A stretch of 64,000 bases of DNA from Planctomycetota bacterium (GCA_019636195.1 JAHBYA010000016.1:14972-78971), one strand, 5' to 3'. Counted from the stretch's first letter, positions 8,805 through 19,219 are shown. Numbers and translations: made by a program. The notes: a model not told the origin generated them from the letters alone.

Positions 8805-10508
8805 TTACGCGTTCGCGCCTACCGGCTGTTGTTTGGCCTGCTTTAGCTGGTCATTCACGACCTTGGCCGCTTCCTTCAGCGTGGCAACGATCTCGTCGGT
8901 CAGGTCCTTCTTCTCGCGGATCGCGGTCATCTGGGCGGCCTTGTTCGTGGTCAGGTACTCGAGGTAGCTGGCCTCGAACTTCTTGACCTCGTCAATCGGC
9001 ACCTCGTCCAGCATGCCGTTGGTCGCGGCCCAGATGATTGCCACCTGGTTCTCGACCGGCAGCGGCTCGTACAGCCCCTGCTTCAGCACTTCGACCAGCC
9101 GCTGACCGCGGGCGAGCTGGGCCTGGGTGGACTTGTCCAGGTCGCTGCCAAACTGGGCAAACGCTTCCAGTTCGCGGAACTGGGCAAGGTCAAGGCGCAG
9201 GCGGCCGGCGACCTTCTTCATGGCCTTGATCTGCGCGTTGCCGCCTACGCGCGACACGGAAATGCCGACGTCGATGGCTGGGCGGGTGTTCGCGTAGAAC
9301 AGCTCGGGCGTCAGGTAAATCTGGCCGTCGGTAATGCTGATCACGTTGGTCGGGATGTACGCCGACACGTCGCCGGCCTGCGTCTCGATCACCGGCAGCG
9401 CGGTCATGCTGCCGCCGGTCTGCGGGTGCATGCGCAGCTCGTGGCCGTCGCCGGCGGCCTTGAGGGCGTGCTCCGCTTCTTCCCATTCTTCGGGTGTACG
9501 GTTGCCGTAGCGTTTGCCGTCCACGCCGCTGGTGGCGTCCCAGGGCGCGTCCTTGCGCACAACGATGTACTCTTCCTTCAACTTGGCGCTGCGTTCCAGC
9601 AGGCGGCTGTGACAATAGAAGATGTCGCCGGGGAAAGCTTCACGGCCGGGCGGACGGCGCAGCAGCAGCGACATCTGGCGGTACGCGACGGCCTGCTTGG
9701 AAAGGTCGTCATAGATGCACAGCGTGTCACGGATCTTCTGCGGTTTGTCGGTGGCGTACATGAAGTACTCAGCAAACGCGGCGCCCGCGTACGGCGCGAG
9801 GTACTGCAGCGGCGCGGGGTCCTGCGCGTTGGCGCTGACCACGATGGTATAGTCCATCGCGTTGTACTTCTCGAGCGTTGCCACCACCTGGCGCACGGTG
9901 CTGGCCTTCTGGCCGATAGCGACATAGACGCAGACCACGCCCTTGCCCCTCTGGTTGATGATCGTGTCGATGGTGACAGCGGTCTTGCCCACCTCGCGGT
10001 CGCCGATCACCAGCTCACGCTGGCCGCGGCCGACAGGGATCATCGCGTCGATGGCCTTGATGCCGGTCTGCAGCGGCTGCTTGACGGGCTGGCGCGCTTC
10101 AATGCCGGGCGCCTTGAACTCGATCAGCCGGCTGGCGGCGGCCTCAATCGGACCCTTGCCGTCAATGGGCTGGCCCAGCGGGTTGACCACGCGGCCCAGG
10201 AAGCCTTGGCCGCAGGGCACGCTCAGAATGCGGCCGGTGCGCTTGACCTGTTGGCCCTCGCGGATGGTCAGGAAGTCGCCCATGATCACGATGCCGACCG
10301 AGTCTTCTTCAAGGTTGAAGGCCAGGCCGAAGGCGCCGTTTTCAAACTGCACCATTTCGTTGGCCTGTACGTTCTCAAGGCCGTAAACGCGGCAGATGCC
10401 GTCGCCGACTTCCAGCACGGTGCCGACTTCCTCCATGCCGATTTCTTCGCCGAAGGACTCGATCTGCTTGCGGATGACTGATGTGATTTCGTCTGAGCGC
10501 AATTCCAT
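8805..10508 (-). CDS. atpA: F1 ATP synthase subunit alpha
   Basis: [45 protein letters not shown] motifs. Confidence 0.97.
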   Translation of the reverse strand: MELRSDEITSVIRKQIESFGEEIGMEEVGTVLEVGDGICRVYGLENVQANEMVQFENGAFGLAFNLEEDSVGIVIMGDFLTIREGQQVKRTGRILSVPCGQGFLGRVVNPLGQPIDGKGPIEAAASRLIEFKAPGIEARQPVKQPLQTGIKAIDAMIPVGRGQRELVIGDREVGKTAVTIDTIINQRGKGVVCVYVAIGQKASTVRQVVATLEKYNAMDYTIVVSANAQDPAPLQYLAPYAGAAFAEYFMYATDKPQKIRDTLCIYDDLSKQAVAYRQMSLLLRRPPGREAFPGDIFYCHSRLLERSAKLKEEYIVVRKDAPWDATSGVDGKRYGNRTPEEWEEAEHALKAAGDGHELRMHPQTGGSMTALPVIETQAGDVSAYIPTNVISITDGQIYLTPELFYANTRPAIDVGISVSRVGGNAQIKAMKKVAGRLRLDLAQFRELEAFAQFGSDLDKSTQAQLARGQRLVEVLKQGLYEPLPVENQVAIIWAATNGMLDEVPIDEVKKFEASYLEYLTTNKAAQMTAIREKKDLTDEIVATLKEAAKVVNDQLKQAKQQPVGANA

Positions 10509-10532
10509 GTTCAGCTACCTCTGTTGTGCGGG

Positions 10533-10982
10533 TTATTCCGCGCCTAGTGCCTGGTATTCCTTGAATGCCGCCTGGTACTCGGCGTTATCTTCAAACTTCT
10601 TCTTGCCTTCCGTGCTCAACCTGCCGTATTCCGACTTCCAGTCTTTGAACATCACGTTCAGGTCCGTCACGTTCGGCAGCTTGTTGGTGTCGTGCTTGTT
10701 GCGGCTGTGCTTGATCTTGTACGTCAACGCCTTGTATATGTGCGCCCCCGTGCGAGCGTAGCTGTCGGGCAACTGGTCCTTCTTGAACTGCGAGAAGGCG
10801 GACTTGGCCTTGCTGTACTCGGCCTTGAACTCGTTGGCAAAGCTCTGGCCCGGCTGCTCAACCACGCCTGGGCCTCCTGTCGGGTTGCTTTTGGTGCCGT
10901 TGGCCTGGGGCGGCGGAGCCACCGCACCGCCGCCGCAGCCGGCCAGGCCGAGCAGCAACATCGCAAGCAGTGCGTATCTCAT
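10533..10982 (-). CDS. Hypothetical lipoprotein inserted between atpH and atpA
   Basis: Lipobox LAGC, GGAGG RBS, typical codon usage. Confidence 0.75.
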   Translation of the reverse strand: MRYALLAMLLLGLAGCGGGAVAPPPQANGTKSNPTGGPGVVEQPGQSFANEFKAEYSKAKSAFSQFKKDQLPDSYARTGAHIYKALTYKIKHSRNKHDTNKLPNVTDLNVMFKDWKSEYGRLSTEGKKKFEDNAEYQAAFKEYQALGAE

Positions 10983-10990
10983 GTCGCCTC

Positions 10991-11533
10991 CTATGCCAAC
11001 GACTGCGCAAGGTGCGTAAGCTTCGTGCGCAACGTATTGTCAATCGAGCGGTCGCCCAGGCGCACCTTTGCGCCGCCGATCAACTCGGGTTTGTGCTGGT
11101 AGTGCATCACCACTTCGCGCCCGCCGGACACAGCCGACAGCGTGGCCTTGAGGGTTTCGACCTCAGCAGCCTCGAACTCGGTGCCGCTTTCAACCCACGC
11201 GTGCACGCGGTTTTCGGCTTGGTCGCGATAGATGTTGAATGCGGCGCAAATGTTGTCGAACTGCGGCTCGCGTCCCTTGCTGATCAGCACCTTCACGAAG
11301 TTCAGAACTTCCGGCGCCACCTTGCCCAGCAACGCGGCCTCCATGCCCTTCATTTTGGCGGGGCGCGGCACACGCGGGCTGGTGAAGAAGTCACGGAAGG
11401 TCTTGTCGTTCCATGCCGCCATCAGCAGTTCAAGGCCCTTCTGGACCTCGCCGACAATACCCTTCTCGCGCGCGGTCTCGTACAGCGCCGTCGCGTACAC
11501 ACGTGCTACCGGATCGGATTTGTTTGTCGCCAC
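10991..11533 (-). CDS. atpH: F1 ATP synthase subunit delta
   Basis: VARVYATALY, LNFVKVLISKGR, PELIGG, IDNTLRTKL; operon position. Confidence 0.92.
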   Translation of the reverse strand: MATNKSDPVARVYATALYETAREKGIVGEVQKGLELLMAAWNDKTFRDFFTSPRVPRPAKMKGMEAALLGKVAPEVLNFVKVLISKGREPQFDNICAAFNIYRDQAENRVHAWVESGTEFEAAEVETLKATLSAVSGGREVVMHYQHKPELIGGAKVRLGDRSIDNTLRTKLTHLAQSLA

Positions 11534-11536
11534 TTG

Positions 11537-11617
11537 CCAGGTTCCAGGTTCCAGGCTTCAGGTTTCGGGGCTGCGTCAGGGCGGTTCCCTGAAATCTCTA
11601 CCCTTAACCTGAAACCA
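11537..11617. repeat. Heptamer tandem repeats with inverted counterpart in the atpF-atpH spacer
   Basis: CCAGGTT CCAGGTT CCAGGCT TCAGGTT, then CCTGAAA and AACCTGAAACC. Confidence 0.55.
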
Positions 11618-11622
11618 GCGGT

Positions 11623-12198
11623 TCAGTTCTTCATCAGTGTTGACGCTTCAATCGCTTCCCGGGCCAAACGCCGGTGGTCTTCGCCGGTCAGGGACTTTTC
11701 CAGCACACGGCCACCCGCCAGCAACGCCAGTTCAATGGCTGATTCGCGCAGCTCGGCCTCGGCTTTGCGGCGCATCTGGTCAAGCTCGCGCTGGGCGCGG
11801 TCGCGGGTCTCGCGGGCCGCAGCCTCTGCATCGGCCGTGATCTTCGCCGCCGCCTCGCGCGCCGCCACCGTCGCTTCGTCGGTGATCTTCTTTGCGTCGG
11901 CGTGGGCGTTGCGCATCATTTCTTCGTGCTTCTTGAGCAGCACTTCTGCCTCGGCGCGCACCTGGTCGGCTTTGTCCAGCGCGTCCTTGATGCGCTCCTG
12001 CCGCGCGCCAAGTTGAGTGAGCATGATCGGGATGACTTTCACACCCAGCACCAGGAAGATGATGCCGAACGTGACGTACTCCCAGAACATCAGGTTGGCC
12101 GAAAAGTGCAGCACCTCATGCTGCGAAGGCTCACCGCCGGCGGCTGCCAGCGGCGCCGCGCAGCACAGCGCAAGCACCATCAGATCGCGAAGTCGCAT
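11623..12198 (-). CDS. atpF: F0 ATP synthase subunit b
   Basis: Single TM helix followed by a long charged coiled coil (RQERIKDAL); operon position. Confidence 0.9.
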   Translation of the reverse strand: MRLRDLMVLALCCAAPLAAAGGEPSQHEVLHFSANLMFWEYVTFGIIFLVLGVKVIPIMLTQLGARQERIKDALDKADQVRAEAEVLLKKHEEMMRNAHADAKKITDEATVAAREAAAKITADAEAAARETRDRAQRELDQMRRKAEAELRESAIELALLAGGRVLEKSLTGEDHRRLAREAIEASTLMKN

Positions 12199-12257
12199 GT
12201 GTGTTCCTTCAGGTCATTGCCGAAGGGGCGGCAGAGCCGCCCCCTCGACGTGCATGA

Positions 12258-12551
12258 CTAGCTCTTGACGCCCTTCAGAATCTCGACGAACTGATCCGCG
12301 GCCGGAATTTTGCCGCCCGCGAAAATCATCGCCAACAGGCAAACCACGATCGCGAACAGCGCCGCACCTTCCACAAACGCCGCCGTCACAATCGTCAAAC
12401 CGCGGATGTCGCCTGTGCTGTCCGGCTGGCGGGCAATGCCCTCCATCGCCTGTCCAGCCAAACGGCCGATGCCGATGCCCGCGCCAATCGCGGCCAGACC
12501 GGCGCCGATGCCGGCTGCGCCGAAGGCCCAACCAAATCCACCAAAGTCCAT
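12258..12551 (-). CDS. atpE: F0 ATP synthase subunit c
   Basis: GAGIGIG, ARQP loop, proton-carrying Glu in FVEGAALF. Confidence 0.95.
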   Translation of the reverse strand: MDFGGFGWAFGAAGIGAGLAAIGAGIGIGRLAGQAMEGIARQPDSTGDIRGLTIVTAAFVEGAALFAIVVCLLAMIFAGGKIPAADQFVEILKGVKS

Positions 12552-12648
12552 GTTCTGCTCCTGTGCTCGTTGTCGGTTTCCCTGTCCTCCGCAGTAGGCG
12601 CCTTCCCGGCCGGCGCCCCGCGCGGGTAACGACCCGCGCGCACGCGGA

Positions 12649-13605
12649 TCAATGTTCCGGTACCAGGTACAAACCAAGGAAAATCGCCGAGAGGTAAGTG
12701 AAAATGTACGCCTGCAGAATGCCCACGAAGATCTCCAGCGCATACAGGGCAACACCCATGAACACCGTGGGTATGCCGGTCGCGATGCGCCAGGTTTCCG
12801 CGTCATTAGGGATCAGCAGGTTGATGAACAGGAATGAAAGCAGCGAGCAGTGCCCCGCCGTCATGTTCGCGAACAGTCGCACAGCCAGCGCAAACGGCTT
12901 GATAAAGATGAAGCCGGCAAACTCAATGCCGAACAGCAGCAGCCAGACCATCAGGTCCATCGGCTTCCATGAAAACTTGTAGGGCACCAGGTTCTTGAAG
13001 AACCCGAAGATGCCCGCGCCAACGCCGCCTTCCTGGCGAATGCTCATGACGAACGCGCCCACGCCGTAAACAGTCAGCGTCATCAATGCCAGCGAGATCG
13101 TCACAAAAATCGCGCTGGTGGGCGTGGTGCTGCCGGGGATCAGGCCCATCAGGTTCAGCAGTGCGATGAAGCAGAACAGGCATACAAAAAACGGCACAAA
13201 CTTGTCCGCCAGCCAGTGCTCGGGCAGCTCGTCGTGCTTGTGGTCGGCGTGGCCGTGATCGCCGTGATCATGACCGTGGTCGTGGTGGCCGTGCGGGTTC
13301 TTGATGCTGGGGCGCACCACCTGGTCGCGGATGAACAGCACAATCGGTTCAAGGAAGTTGCGCAGGCCCTTGGGCACGCGCGTGTTGCGCGCAAATGTCG
13401 CATAGCTGAAGCCGGCCAGCATGATCGCGCCCGCAATCCACATCATGATCACGTGCTGCGTGATATGCATGAACTCGGGCATTGTGCCGTTCCAGCCCTT
13501 TATGAAGGACTCGCCGTGTGCGCCCCAGTAGGTCACCCAGACCGTGTAGCGGTCGTAAAGGTGTTCCACCGGGTTGAAGCCGTCTGCGCCTGCACCAAGA
13601 AACAC
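12649..13605 (-). CDS. atpB: F0 ATP synthase subunit a
   Basis: NLMGLIPG, KPFALAVRLFANMTAGH, LQAYIFTYLS. Confidence 0.95.
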   Translation of the reverse strand: MFLGAGADGFNPVEHLYDRYTVWVTYWGAHGESFIKGWNGTMPEFMHITQHVIMMWIAGAIMLAGFSYATFARNTRVPKGLRNFLEPIVLFIRDQVVRPSIKNPHGHHDHGHDHGDHGHADHKHDELPEHWLADKFVPFFVCLFCFIALLNLMGLIPGSTTPTSAIFVTISLALMTLTVYGVGAFVMSIRQEGGVGAGIFGFFKNLVPYKFSWKPMDLMVWLLLFGIEFAGFIFIKPFALAVRLFANMTAGHCSLLSFLFINLLIPNDAETWRIATGIPTVFMGVALYALEIFVGILQAYIFTYLSAIFLGLYLVPEH

Positions 13606-13620
13606 TGTGTCTCTCCTGAC

Positions 13621-14010
13621 CTAGGCCGCCGCCACTTCGCGTCGCGGCGCGCGCCCGTACCGATAAACCTGCAAACCAAGCGAAAGCAGCACACCGGCAA
13701 AAAACGCCAGCGCAAACATCACCGGGCTGCCTGCACCCGTGAATGCCAGCACGAAAAAGCCGACCGCCAGCGCCACCATGCGCAGCAGAAAACCGCCCAG
13801 CACATGGCCCAGCGCAGCCGCCTTGCGCGGGTCACGAAAGGCCGCCCGCGTTGTGAACTCATTGAAAAGCATCAGCAGAAGCGCGACACCAAAACCGATG
13901 CCGGCACCGTACACCATGCCGCGGTCAAACTCGGCCACCGCCAGCAACAGCACCACCGCGCCCGTCACCAGCAGCGCGAATGCAGCCATTGCGTAGGGTT
14001 GCCAGCTCAT
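13621..14010 (-). CDS. atpI: ATP synthase subunit I-like membrane protein
   Basis: Four TM helices, directly upstream of atpB, ATGA overlap with the preceding gene. Confidence 0.7.
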   Translation of the reverse strand: MSWQPYAMAAFALLVTGAVVLLLAVAEFDRGMVYGAGIGFGVALLLMLFNEFTTRAAFRDPRKAAALGHVLGGFLLRMVALAVGFFVLAFTGAGSPVMFALAFFAGVLLSLGLQVYRYGRAPRREVAAA

Positions 14011-14378
14011 TTCTGTTCCTGCGAGTCCTGCAAACCTGACTTGCCGCGCTTGCCCTGTCCTGACTCCATGCGCGTCACAGTACGCACCAGCCAGGTCATT
14101 GCCGCGATTGCCCCGAGCACCGCCCCGGCCACCATCAGCCAAGGCGTGGTGTCCAACGCCGTGTCTGCCCAGTACCCCGCGCCCATCGGCAGAAGCATCA
14201 GCAGCAGAAACTGCATGCCGATGCCGGTGTAGCGCACATAGGCGTGCATGCCCGCCTGCTGCCTGCTGCGCCTTCGGCTGGCGTCGGACTGTCCCGATAC
14301 CGCCGATTGCCGGAGCTTCTCCGCTTCCTGCTCAAGGCGCCGATACTGCTCGGGCTCAGGTGCCTCGGGCCGCTTCAT
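14007..14378 (-). CDS. atpZ: AtpZ/gene-1 family protein
   Basis: GIGMQF...GYWADTALDTTPW..GAVLG pattern; first gene of the atp operon. Confidence 0.75.
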   Translation of the reverse strand: MKRPEAPEPEQYRRLEQEAEKLRQSAVSGQSDASRRRSRQQAGMHAYVRYTGIGMQFLLLMLLPMGAGYWADTALDTTPWLMVAGAVLGAIAAMTWLVRTVTRMESGQGKRGKSGLQDSQEQK

Positions 14379-14610
14379 TTCGCCGTTCGGAGCCAAAGCC
14401 AAGCCCCTTTCCCGGCTAGGGGCCGGGAACATAGCAGGGGGGGTAGCAGGGGTCAACCGCACAACAAAAAGGGATGGGGCCGCGCTAACCGCTGGCGCGG
14501 AAGTGACTTCCGCACACCTAAAACGACCATACCGCGTGCGCGAAGGGCGGCGTGCCGGTCGTGCCGATGCGCCCCCGAAGAACACCGCTTGTGCACGCGC
14601 CGATCCGGCT

Positions 14611-15738
14611 TCAGTCCGTGCTTGCTGGCTCGACGAAGAAGGCTACGCTTGCCTGCGCGCACGTCTCGCGCATGGCCGTCAACTCAGCTTCCCTATCGCT
14701 GGCGTCGCCGTACGCCAGCGTCATTTCGTGCCCCCGGCGCCATTGCTCACGAGCCGACTGCCTGTCGCCCCGGCGCAAGAGCACCAGCGCGTACCGGCAA
14801 CGGTCGTATCCCTCATAAGACCGATTGCACACGGCCTGGTGCAACTCAAGCGCTTTCGCATAGCTTTCTTCAGCTTCCGCCAGCCGGCCCAACCCGGTCA
14901 GGATCATGCCTACATTTCCACGAACAATGCCGGCTGTGCGCCTATTGTCCGTTTCAAGCGCGACTTGGATTGCCGTTTCGGCGCAGTCCAGCGCTTCTTG
15001 CGCCCGCCCGAAGTCGGACAGGTACACGCAAATGTTGCCCAACGCGACAGACTCGCCGCGCCGATTGCCGGCCTGGCGATACATTTCAAGGGCCTGCTTC
15101 TGCAGCTCAAATGCGGCCTCGCGCCGGCCCCGAATGCGTTGCAGTCCTGCCATGTTGGTAACCGACATCGCCTCGACATCAGACTCGCCCGACATACGCG
15201 CCAACGCGAGGGCCTGGTTCAGCAACGACTCTGCATCTGCAAGTTCGCCAAGGACGAACTTTGCCACAGCCTGCTTGTGGACCACGGACGCCTGAAGCTT
15301 CACGTCGCCCGAAGCCACCGCAAGCTCAAATGCCCGCGCCAGCCGCTGCCCGGCCTGCCGGGCGCTGCCGGTGGTCAACATGACGTCCGCCGCGAGTTGC
15401 AGGGCCTGCGCCTGCCGTGCCGAGTCGGTTTCAAGACTCGCGGCCTGGTCAAACCAGCGCAGCGCAGACGGGTCATGCTTTGCACTTGCGAAACGGGCGG
15501 CCCGCCAGGTGTAGGCCAGCAGCGATTCCCTTAGCGCCGGGTCACCTGAGCGTTGCGCGTGCTCTGCCAACTCGGCTGCAAGCCGGTCCCGCAGCGGGTC
15601 GGGGTGAAGCTGCTCGATCAGTTTCAGCGCCAACCCATGAAGCCGCGCCCTGTCTACGGGCAGTTGCAGGTCATAGGCTGCGTCGCGCAGCACAGCGTGC
15701 CTGAAAACGTAGTCAAGTAGTCTCGCGGGCTCGTCCAT
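14611..15738 (-). CDS. TPR repeat protein
   Basis: TPR_12-like repeats (GNRRGESVALGNI, YAKALELHQAVCNR); N-terminal YVFRHAVLRDAAY motif. Confidence 0.85.
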   Translation of the reverse strand: MDEPARLLDYVFRHAVLRDAAYDLQLPVDRARLHGLALKLIEQLHPDPLRDRLAAELAEHAQRSGDPALRESLLAYTWRAARFASAKHDPSALRWFDQAASLETDSARQAQALQLAADVMLTTGSARQAGQRLARAFELAVASGDVKLQASVVHKQAVAKFVLGELADAESLLNQALALARMSGESDVEAMSVTNMAGLQRIRGRREAAFELQKQALEMYRQAGNRRGESVALGNICVYLSDFGRAQEALDCAETAIQVALETDNRRTAGIVRGNVGMILTGLGRLAEAEESYAKALELHQAVCNRSYEGYDRCRYALVLLRRGDRQSAREQWRRGHEMTLAYGDASDREAELTAMRETCAQASVAFFVEPASTD

Positions 15739-15759
15739 GGATCCATGCGCAACGGGCGC

Positions 15760-16020
15760 TCAAGCCGCTGCCTCGCTGGTTGCATACAGTTCCCAGAACA
15801 GGCCGTAGCCGTACATGCAGATATAGACCATCACCAGTGTGATCGTACCGATCACGTACCACACATAGCGCGCAGCCGGCTGGTTGGTGTGCACTTCAAG
15901 CAGGCGGGCGGGCACCCAGATCCCGGCGACGACGCCCACCGCGGTCGCCATGATCGTGATGATCACACGGATCCATGCAATGTTGCCCAGGAACTCGAAC
16001 AGGTCGAACTCAGCCAACAT
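15760..16020 (-). CDS. Small two-TM membrane protein
   Basis: Two hydrophobic segments; TAAGCT 6 nt before ATG. Confidence 0.6.
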   Translation of the reverse strand: MLAEFDLFEFLGNIAWIRVIITIMATAVGVVAGIWVPARLLEVHTNQPAARYVWYVIGTITLVMVYICMYGYGLFWELYATSEAAA

Positions 16021-16032
16021 GGCGCCAGCTTA

Positions 16033-17055
16033 CTACAAGGCGCGGTCTTTTTCGCGCACCGGCACACTGACCAGTTCCTGCCGCTGCTCCGGCGTCAGGC
16101 GCTTGCCCAGATTGGCGTATCGATCGGGCCACTTCTTTTTGCGGCCTTTAAAGCGTCGATGCACCCAGAAGTACTGCTCAGGGTACTGCCGCACCACGCG
16201 CTCAAGGGCATCACGGTAGTCGCGCACGATCTGCATGGGATCGGTGCCCGGAGCGTAGGTATGCATCTCCGGCGGCAGATACCGGAATGCAAATCGGTCG
16301 CCGTCGCGCACGCAGAAGTGAAAGCACACGTCGCCGCCCGCGCGCAGCACAAGCCGTGTAAAGTCCGCCTGCCATGTGCACGGCACGCCGAAGAATGTTT
16401 CCACAGGCGCAAAGTCGCCGCCGTTCTGGTCAACCAGTGTGCCGACCTGCCGCTTGTCTTTGATCGCGCGCATGTACGCGCGCCCGCCTTCGTCGGCCTT
16501 GACACACTCGTTGCCCAGCGCGGCGCGCGCCCTGACCAGCCACCTGTCAAGCAGCGGCGGGCGCACCGGCTTGGCGATCAGGGTCAGCGGTGCGTGGCTC
16601 TCGGTGCGGCCGATGTTGAACGTGACGATTTCGAAGTTGCCGATGTGTGCTGTCAGGTTGAACACCGCGCGCGGCTGGTTGTACCAGTCCAGAAACTCGC
16701 GCGCGTCAACGTCGGTGTGAAAGTACGGGCTTTCGCTGCCGGGCTTGAAGTAGCGAGGGATCAGCAGGTAGTCCACGAACTGGTACACGCTGTGGCGCAG
16801 CCCCAGCTTTGCAATGCGGGTTCGTTCAGCCCGGGACAGGTCGTGCAAACACAGATCGACGTTGCGCAGCGAGTATCCACGCACTTTGGGCATCAGCAAC
16901 CACCCGATGCGCGCCGCCCAGCGCGCCCAGAAATAGGCCCAGCGCCAGCCGAAGATTGTCCACCAGAGTGCGCACCAGCGCATCGCAAGCTCAATCGGCA
17001 CGCGCACGACCGCGCGATCCAGAAAGTGCACTCCTTTTTGGTTCTGTTCGTCCAC
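16033..17055 (-). CDS. lpxL: Lipid A late acyltransferase (LpxL/HtrB family)
   Basis: TAHIGNFE, LVDQN, FFG, PEQYFWVHRRFK. Confidence 0.85.
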   Translation of the reverse strand: MDEQNQKGVHFLDRAVVRVPIELAMRWCALWWTIFGWRWAYFWARWAARIGWLLMPKVRGYSLRNVDLCLHDLSRAERTRIAKLGLRHSVYQFVDYLLIPRYFKPGSESPYFHTDVDAREFLDWYNQPRAVFNLTAHIGNFEIVTFNIGRTESHAPLTLIAKPVRPPLLDRWLVRARAALGNECVKADEGGRAYMRAIKDKRQVGTLVDQNGGDFAPVETFFGVPCTWQADFTRLVLRAGGDVCFHFCVRDGDRFAFRYLPPEMHTYAPGTDPMQIVRDYRDALERVVRQYPEQYFWVHRRFKGRKKKWPDRYANLGKRLTPEQRQELVSVPVREKDRAL

Positions 17056-17057
17056 CG

Positions 17058-18128
17058 TTAGCCCAGCGCATTTGCCAGCGCACGACGCAGATCCTCTTCG
17101 CCCTTGAGAATCCGGAACTCCACGCGCAGTTCATAGATCGGCAATTCGGCGGTCATGTCCGGCGCCAGCGCACGAAGTTTGACCGCATCTTTCTGTGTGC
17201 ACAGCGCCATCACCGCCCCAGCCTCTTTGCTGGCGCGAAGGAATGGTTCAATCTGGCGCTTGGCCAGGCGGGCGTCCATGTGCTGGTGATCGTCAAGCTG
17301 CAGCACGCCCACACCGCTGATCACGGCGCCCGCGGCCTCAAGCGTGCGCTGGAATCCCAGCGGGTTGCCGATGCCGCAAAAGGGCGCGACGGTCAGTCCT
17401 TTCAGGGCCTGGGGCGACAACTCTTCGTCGCCACCAAGCCGCACCAGCCGCAGGGGCGTGTGCGCGGCATGGGCCACGTCGCCGACGAAACCCTTGCAAC
17501 GGATGGTGTCTTCAAGGTCGCGCAGGCGCTCAGGCGTTGCCACATCGGCGCGCGAAAACACGGCAAAGCGTGCGCGCCGCACACTGCGGATCGGCTCGCG
17601 CAGCAGGCCGCGCGGCAGCATGCGCCCGAAACCGAACGGGTTAAGCGAGTCAAACATCAGCACGTCCAGCCGGCGCCGCAACCGCACATGGCTGAAGCCG
17701 TCATCGAGCACAACCACGTCGGCGCCGTCGGCCTTGGCTTTGCGGGCGGCGGCCACGCGGTCCGGGTTCTGGATGTGCGGCACGCCCGGGCACAACTCCG
17801 CCAGCACGCGCAGTTCGTCGTTGCCGTCGTCGCCGCCCTTGTAGCCCCGTGAAACGATGCAGGGCTTGCGCCCCAGCAACAGCAGCGCGTTCACGACCCA
17901 TGCGACCGCGGGGGTTTTTCCGGTGCCGCCGGTGGTCAGGTTGCCGACGCAGATCACGGGCACGCCCGCGTCATGGCGCTTGAACACACCCCACGAGTAC
18001 AGCGCCAGCCGAAGCCCCGCGCCGCAGGCAAACCACCAGGACGCAAAGCGCAGCCACAGCCGCATCACGGCAGCGAGTACGCCGCGCCGACGGCCCGAGA
18101 TCAATTCAATGAAGTCGCGCTGTTGCAC
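17058..18128 (-). CDS. lpxK: Tetraacyldisaccharide 4'-kinase
   Basis: VICVGNLTTGGTGKTP, VSRGY, LDDGFSH, LPRGLLRE, TQKDAVK. Confidence 0.93.
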   Translation of the reverse strand: MQQRDFIELISGRRRGVLAAVMRLWLRFASWWFACGAGLRLALYSWGVFKRHDAGVPVICVGNLTTGGTGKTPAVAWVVNALLLLGRKPCIVSRGYKGGDDGNDELRVLAELCPGVPHIQNPDRVAAARKAKADGADVVVLDDGFSHVRLRRRLDVLMFDSLNPFGFGRMLPRGLLREPIRSVRRARFAVFSRADVATPERLRDLEDTIRCKGFVGDVAHAAHTPLRLVRLGGDEELSPQALKGLTVAPFCGIGNPLGFQRTLEAAGAVISGVGVLQLDDHQHMDARLAKRQIEPFLRASKEAGAVMALCTQKDAVKLRALAPDMTAELPIYELRVEFRILKGEEDLRRALANALG

Positions 18129-18178
18129 GCATGGGGTTTAGCAAGCCGGGCCGGATTCGTCAGGCTGTGTTCCTGCCG

Positions 18179-19219
18179 CTACTCAAACAGTTTGCGGTAC
18201 AGGTCGTCGATCAACTTGCGCTCGCGGGCGGTGACCTTGGTGCGGTCGATGGGCCGCTCGCCGCCGCCCTTCATGTCCGGGGCGTTGGGCGTTGCGCCCT
18301 CAAGCGGCCTGGCGTCAGGGTTGTAGATCCAGCGTGAACGATCGGTTTTGGCGGTGTCGCCGTCCGTGGCTTCAGGCCGGATTTTGTCAAAGTCGTTCTT
18401 GATGTCCGGGTCCTGCGGGGGCTCGGGCACTTCCGGCTTACCCTGCTGGTCGCCGGTGCCGCCGCTGTCCGGCGTCTGTCCGTCGGGCTTCGGTTGCGGC
18501 TTGCTTTCGGGCGGGGCTTCGCCCGTACCACCTTCAGCCTTGCCGCCGTCGGGCGCACCGGGCACCCTGCCTTCATCGCCGCCGCCGCCGCTGCCTTCCC
18601 CAGGCGTGGCGTCTTCTGCTTCCGCTTCACTGCTGCCGGACTCGCCGGAGCCCTGGCCGCTGCTGCCGCTGGCCGGCTGCGGCGACTGTTCAGGCTGCGA
18701 CGCAGCGTCGGCAATTGTGTCGGGGGGCGGGGCCTCGCGATCAAGCTGTGAAAGCGCCAGCGGCATGAGCGCCAGGATCAACGCCACAAGCAGCGGACCG
18801 AAGTGCCGCACCGGGGCGGCGGCCTTTTCACGCCTGCCATCAAGTCCACCCGTGATCTTGCGCTCAAGGGCAATCTTGAACGGGCCCGTGCTCTCGAGGT
18901 ACGCCGGCAGCGCGTCACCAAGGCCGAGCGCACGGTCCAGCAACAGTGCATAGTCGGGCGCCCCGGCCGCCCCCGGTCGCGCATATGCACGCAACGTGAG
19001 GGCCAAGGTCCCAGCCACCGCGGCCAAGGCCCCAACCGCCAGCAGCGCCAGCCAATACCATGCAGGCGGTCCAGCCAGTACCAGCGCCATGCCTGCGCAA
19101 GCAATCAGTGTGGCAGGCAGCACGGCCCAGCGTCCGCCCGCGTTGATCATCGCCGACAGCAGCCAGCGCCGCCGCGTGCGGTTTAGCGCCTGCAGAATCG
19201 GTTGCCCTTGCTCAGCCAT
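18179..19219 (-). CDS. Hypothetical membrane protein with Gly/Pro/Glu-rich disordered tail
   Basis: Three TM segments, LLDRALGL motif, low-complexity C-terminal half. Confidence 0.7.
   Translation of the reverse strand: MAEQGQPILQALNRTRRRWLLSAMINAGGRWAVLPATLIACAGMALVLAGPPAWYWLALLAVGALAAVAGTLALTLRAYARPGAAGAPDYALLLDRALGLGDALPAYLESTGPFKIALERKITGGLDGRREKAAAPVRHFGPLLVALILALMPLALSQLDREAPPPDTIADAASQPEQSPQPASGSSGQGSGESGSSEAEAEDATPGEGSGGGGDEGRVPGAPDGGKAEGGTGEAPPESKPQPKPDGQTPDSGGTGDQQGKPEVPEPPQDPDIKNDFDKIRPEATDGDTAKTDRSRWIYNPDARPLEGATPNAPDMKGGGERPIDRTKVTARERKLIDDLYRKLFE

Noticed and set aside
9426-10481. Long + strand ORF opposite atpA (similarly 14248..15534, 39711..41828, 29298..30737, 33807..35207)
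   Set aside because: Antisense shadow ORFs expected in high-GC DNA; the opposite strand carries recognisable genes.
12258-12551. Na+-translocating or N-type ATPase
   Set aside because: Subunit c has E-G-A rather than the E-S/T plus Q Na+ signature, atpH is present and gene order is standard F-type.
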